From Tannerella sp. (GTDB taxonomy: Bacteria > Bacteroidota > Bacteroidia > Bacteroidales > Tannerellaceae): a stretch of DNA of 64,000 nucleotides. This document shows, piece by piece, positions 59,990-64,000 of the stretch. The translations under genes and the position numbers were made by a program. Position 1 is the first letter of the stretch, and each line of letters starts with the position of its first letter. The notes under the pieces were generated by a model. It did not search any database. It was not told the origin of the DNA and saw nothing but the letters and a program-made list of their open reading frames with translations. The stretch covers positions 224 through 64,223 of the forward strand of contig JAISUX010000033.1 of NCBI GenBank assembly GCA_031271805.1, read 5' to 3'.

Positions 59990-61170
59990 AGCCCTGTTTG
60001 CTGTTTATATTGTTCATAATAAGGCAGTATCAAGTCGCGTTTTTCGCCATTGTACGCCTCAAACCATGTTCCGCCAAGGTAGAAACACGTAAAACCACCG
60101 GAGACAATGCCCCACCGGCAGGCTTCCGTCAAATCAAAAACATGTGCGCCCTCCCCCATTTGGCTTACTATTGATGCAATCATGCCGCCGACAAAATTGT
60201 CGCCGCAGCCGGTAGTATCGCCTTCCCGTCCTTTTTTGAGTTCCTCGACGACAGCTTGGGAAACGGGCATCGAAGCCTCCCGGATTTCCTCAAAACGGCG
60301 GCCTGAGGAAAAGATGGCAATATCCTTCGCGCCGTTGGTTACGACTACGGCCTCTGCGCCTTTTGCCTTGAAAAATTGCAATGCTTCGGGTATCGACGAC
60401 CGGCCGCTCAACCGTAAGGCCTCCTCGCGGTCGGTTATCAACAGGTCTATATGGCGGTAACTCTCGTCGGACTTGCCCAGCGGCCATTTACGGTCGGGCA
60501 AGGCCTTTTCGTTACGGAAATCGAAAACGGTATTGACAAGCGTAAAACAACCCGACGACTTAGCTTTCAAGAGCAAGTCATAAAGCCCGTCATGAATTTG
60601 CGGCACGAGCGCCGTCCCGCCGAAAACCACAATATCGGATGCAAAAAATTCGTCATCCAAGTCCGACGGAGCGTATTTCCACGACGCACCGATAGTGTTG
60701 ATGAACACCCTTTCGCCGTTGCCGCCGTCGTATCCGGGGTCGGAAAGCACGATTGTTGATGCCGTAACATCCTCTTTTTCAATATAATGCTTAATATCGA
60801 CAGGCGTCTTGCGCAATGCCGACAGCAGGAAACGGCCGTCCTCATCTTTCCCGTGGCAGCCGTAGAAACGGCAACAAGCCGCGTCGCCACTCATTTGAGC
60901 GGCATGTATAAGCGCCACTATACAGGGACCGCCGATATTCATTTTTTCGGCCGACCTACCGCCGGTTAAGCGGGGCAATAACTCAAGAAAATCCTCGCCC
61001 GTAAAACGGTCGAACTCCTCTTTAAACACTAATTTTCCGGGCGTCAGGCCACCGTCGCCGACAGTACGTGTAAGATATGGCAACAACTCTTCCGAGCTGA
61101 AATTAATATGATTATAAAGCCTGTCAACCAAACAGCAGCCGACGCCTGAAATAATAACCTTTCTTTCCAT
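59947..61170 (-). CDS. PfkB-family carbohydrate kinase
   Basis: DTTGCGDNFVGG signature; overlaps the downstream gene by 43 nt. Confidence 0.88.
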   Translation of the reverse strand: MERKVIISGVGCCLVDRLYNHINFSSEELLPYLTRTVGDGGLTPGKLVFKEEFDRFTGEDFLELLPRLTGGRSAEKMNIGGPCIVALIHAAQMSGDAACCRFYGCHGKDEDGRFLLSALRKTPVDIKHYIEKEDVTASTIVLSDPGYDGGNGERVFINTIGASWKYAPSDLDDEFFASDIVVFGGTALVPQIHDGLYDLLLKAKSSGCFTLVNTVFDFRNEKALPDRKWPLGKSDESYRHIDLLITDREEALRLSGRSSIPEALQFFKAKGAEAVVVTNGAKDIAIFSSGRRFEEIREASMPVSQAVVEELKKGREGDTTGCGDNFVGGMIASIVSQMGEGAHVFDLTEACRWGIVSGGFTCFYLGGTWFEAYNGEKRDLILPYYEQYKQQTGLCRVNPYSSSAQGK

Positions 61171-61173
61171 TTT

Positions 61174-61848
61174 TTACAGAAATATCCGATAATCGGACAC
61201 CAATAAATGCAAAGGTTCTTCATCCTCATCGACAACCGGAAAGCGCCCGACAGGTTCATAGAAGCAGTTGTCATTAGCGTCGTCGTTAACAGCGCTTACT
61301 TCGCCGACCAACACCGTGCCTTTGTCCGGCTCGCCGTAGAAGCGATGATACATGCCTTGTTCGAGGCAGATGCTCTCGCCGGGCGTCAGAATCACCTTGC
61401 CGCCGGCTTCGACACTGCTCCTAACGCCGTCTTTCCTGAATATCACCGGCGTATCGTCGAACTTGCCGTCATCGGTTGAGTTGTAAAGTTCTATCACGAG
61501 ATTGCCCCCGCCGCGGCAAATGATGTCTTCCATCTTCGACCAGTGGTAGTGCATGGGCGTTTCCTGGTTTTCCTCGACAATCATAACCTTCTCTGAATAT
61601 GGCTTTTTATCGACCTTATACTTACCGTTGCGAAGGGTGAAAAGGAACAAACCTCGGCGCAAAAAGTCGCCCGAGCCGAAGTCCGTGATGTCCCAACCTA
61701 AAAAATTTTCCGTAACTTCACTCGCTATATCCCTGTTTTTCTTCCAGTCCGCAATGCTCCAGTACGCCCATGGCGGAAGGATAAACTGTTTCGATGCCAT
61801 GAATGTTTTGGCGTCTCGAATGATCCTATTTATCTCGCTTCTTTTCAT
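61174..61848 (-). CDS. D-lyxose/D-mannose ketol-isomerase family
   Basis: GWDITDFG, LFTLRNG, PMHYHWSKMEDI and GEVSAVNDD. Confidence 0.9.
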   Translation of the reverse strand: MKRSEINRIIRDAKTFMASKQFILPPWAYWSIADWKKNRDIASEVTENFLGWDITDFGSGDFLRRGLFLFTLRNGKYKVDKKPYSEKVMIVEENQETPMHYHWSKMEDIICRGGGNLVIELYNSTDDGKFDDTPVIFRKDGVRSSVEAGGKVILTPGESICLEQGMYHRFYGEPDKGTVLVGEVSAVNDDANDNCFYEPVGRFPVVDEDEEPLHLLVSDYRIFL

Positions 61849-61850
61849 AA

Positions 61851-63011
61851 TTACTTACTGATAGGCTTAATCAACCAAACGATATATAGCCACATGACGG
61901 TCACGATCGCCATAGCCGCCCATTGGGTGCCGAAAGCATCGGAAACGACGCCCAAGAGTAAGGCGAAGATGCCGCCGGCAACGCCCATGATGAGCAGCGA
62001 GGATATTTCGTTGGCCTTTTCCGGTATGTGTTTAAGCGCCTGCGAGAAGATTATCGCGAACATGTTTGAATATCCCAAAGCGATAAGCACCACCGACGCC
62101 AGAATCGTCCACAGCGAGCCGGTGAAAAGTATCAAAATCAAGCCTGTCATAGTAAGCAGGGCGCTTACGAGATAGAATTTGCGTTCGGGTATCTTCATCA
62201 GCAGGATACCACCGACAAATGCGCCTAATGCCCTGACAATGAAATAGAAATAACTTTTATACTGGTCGGCTTGCGACACCGTTGTGATGTCTTCGGGGCA
62301 TTTTTCCAACAGATATTTGGGCATAGTGGCGTTCAGTCCGACGTCCACGCCGACAAGAATCAGTATCCCGATGAAATAAAGCAATATCTTGCTGTCTTTC
62401 AGCAGCGCAAAAGTCGAAGCGAAGGATGTTGTTTTCTTTTCCCGGTCGTCTTCCGAGATACGTGTCACCCACAGCCATATTGCCGCGACGAGGGTCACCA
62501 TGGCGAACACCGGAAAGGCGTATTTCCATCCCAAAGACGAGGCGGCAAACCATGCTGCCACATTAGGGCCTAACCATGAGCACAGGGCTTTGATAAACTG
62601 CCCCATAGTAAGCGAACCGGTCAGTTTCTCTTTTGCTACCACATTGGAAACCAACGGATTAAGCGCTACCTGGATAATTGTATTCCCTATCCCTATCAGC
62701 GCAAAAGCAACAATGACAAGCGTGAAATTGTAACCGAAAAACGGAAGCAATAATCCGGCAAATGTAAAGATAAAACTCAGCAAAACCGCATTTTTCCTGC
62801 CTATCTTATTCATTATCAATCCCGTAGGAATCGAAAGAACTAAAAACCAGAAAAAACAGGATAGCGACAGCAGGTTTGCCATAGTGTCGTTGAGGGCGAA
62901 ATCAATTTTTACGTAATTGATTGCCGTGCCGATGAAATCGACGAATCCCATGATAAAGAAGCCGAAAAGAACCGGCAAAACTTTCGAAAATGAAGAATTG
63001 TTTGTAGTCAT
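61851..63011 (-). CDS. MFS sugar transporter (FucP/GluP-like)
   Basis: About 12 TMs; GFFIMGF and GNTIIQVALNP. Confidence 0.88.
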   Translation of the reverse strand: MTTNNSSFSKVLPVLFGFFIMGFVDFIGTAINYVKIDFALNDTMANLLSLSCFFWFLVLSIPTGLIMNKIGRKNAVLLSFIFTFAGLLLPFFGYNFTLVIVAFALIGIGNTIIQVALNPLVSNVVAKEKLTGSLTMGQFIKALCSWLGPNVAAWFAASSLGWKYAFPVFAMVTLVAAIWLWVTRISEDDREKKTTSFASTFALLKDSKILLYFIGILILVGVDVGLNATMPKYLLEKCPEDITTVSQADQYKSYFYFIVRALGAFVGGILLMKIPERKFYLVSALLTMTGLILILFTGSLWTILASVVLIALGYSNMFAIIFSQALKHIPEKANEISSLLIMGVAGGIFALLLGVVSDAFGTQWAAMAIVTVMWLYIVWLIKPISK

Positions 63012-63038
63012 AGTAAAATTATTTTTAAAAGGTATTAT

Positions 63039-63998
63039 TTATTTATTTAAATCGAACTCTTTTATTGCTTCAAACATTGCTACGATATTAGCAGGGGGCA
63101 CGTCAGGCATGATATTATGCACGGTGTTGAAGACAAATCCCCCGCCTTTGCCGAATATTGCTATGTTTTGCTTCACGTGCTCTTTAACTTGCGAGGGTGT
63201 TGCCCTGTTCAGGATGCTTTTCGTGTCGCAACCGCCGCCCCAGAATGTCACATCATTGCCAAATTCGTTTTTCAAACGTGCCGGTTCCATATTTATTGCG
63301 CTGATTTGCACGGGATTAATAATCTCAAAACCGGCATTTATCAACTCCGGCATCAACTCATAAATTCCCCCGCAGCAATGCAGCATGGTATGCGCCGAGG
63401 TATGTGATTTGACAAAGTCGCATAGTTGTTTGTGGCGCGGATAGAAGAACTCGTGATAGGTCTCGACGGGTATGAAGGGGCCGAGATTCGAGCCGAGGTC
63501 GTCGCCGAATTTCAGTATATCGACCACATCGCCTACCGCTCGACAAACTTTTTCCAAGAAAGCGATATGCGATTCCATCAGCGCATCAAGCAGGCGGTGA
63601 ACATTGAGCGGGTCGAGATACAAATCCATCAGGAAATTATCCATCCGGCGCAGAAAAGTTCCCCACTCGAAAAGGTTACAGCCGACGCCCAAAAGCAAAG
63701 CTTTATCCGTTTTAGCACGTAGCTCAAACGTTTTAGCTCTCAACAATTCCCAAAATCCAGGCTCATTAATCCTGTCAAACGGCGTAAACCCGAAACCTCC
63801 CCATATAACACGCGACTGCTCATAACCAAGCATCTTATAATCAGCCGGATAACTCTCGATAAAAGGAAAAATCATTTGGTCGAAGAAGGTTGCTCCCAGA
63901 GGCATTTTTCCGATATACTCGCCGGTCACGCCGGGGGCGAGCCAACTGTCATCAGACTGACGCTCAGGGTTAAACCATTTGGGATAGAGCGCCGGAAC
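63039..63998 (-). CDS. Uroporphyrinogen decarboxylase-family (MtaA/CmuA-like methyltransferase) protein, 5' end beyond the window
   Basis: FGDDLG, HCCG, NPVQ, FWGGG.DT and GGFVFNTVHNI; the frame stays open to the window edge (VPALYPKWFNPERQ...). Confidence 0.85.
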   Translation of the reverse strand, partial: VPALYPKWFNPERQSDDSWLAPGVTGEYIGKMPLGATFFDQMIFPFIESYPADYKMLGYEQSRVIWGGFGFTPFDRINEPGFWELLRAKTFELRAKTDKALLLGVGCNLFEWGTFLRRMDNFLMDLYLDPLNVHRLLDALMESHIAFLEKVCRAVGDVVDILKFGDDLGSNLGPFIPVETYHEFFYPRHKQLCDFVKSHTSAHTMLHCCGGIYELMPELINAGFEIINPVQISAINMEPARLKNEFGNDVTFWGGGCDTKSILNRATPSQVKEHVKQNIAIFGKGGGFVFNTVHNIMPDVPPANIVAMFEAIKEFDLNK

Positions 63999-64000
63999 GC

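Overview
Chromosomal window from a Bacteroidota (Bacteroidales) genome, judged from gene order, TAnnTTTG -7 promoter boxes and a T9SS-type protein tail. The left part is the conserved rpsU-xerC-raiA-tRNA-Thr-tuf-tRNA-Trp-secE-nusG-rplKAJL-rpoBC cluster on the minus strand, followed by a DUF853/HerA-like ATPase cut by the window edge. The middle holds envelope and housekeeping genes (gamma-CA family protein, a serine hydrolase-CapA fusion, waaA, gltX, 7TM-HD hydrolase, priA, porin family protein, patatin-barrel protein) and a 2546-aa modular surface protein. The 36.8-44.35 kb segment is the most unusual part. It has a sigma-54 two-component pair split by a phosphatase lipoprotein. It also has a leuS that stops at 575 aa without KMSKS or the anticodon-binding domain and is followed by four-helix-bundle, lipoprotein and RhuM-remnant genes. 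CGTC- and GTAG-tagged palindromes sit in-frame inside leuS and the kinase. The right part has rho-tilS-zinc ribbon-nif3-aspS, tRNA-Ser, a rhamnose operon lacking the aldolase, rsmG, and a URO-D-family/MFS/lyxose isomerase/PfkB/MtlD-like operon that may catabolise an O-methylated sugar. No CRISPR array, rRNA, transposase or reverse transcriptase was seen. All calls come from reading sequence and motifs by eye; no searches were run.
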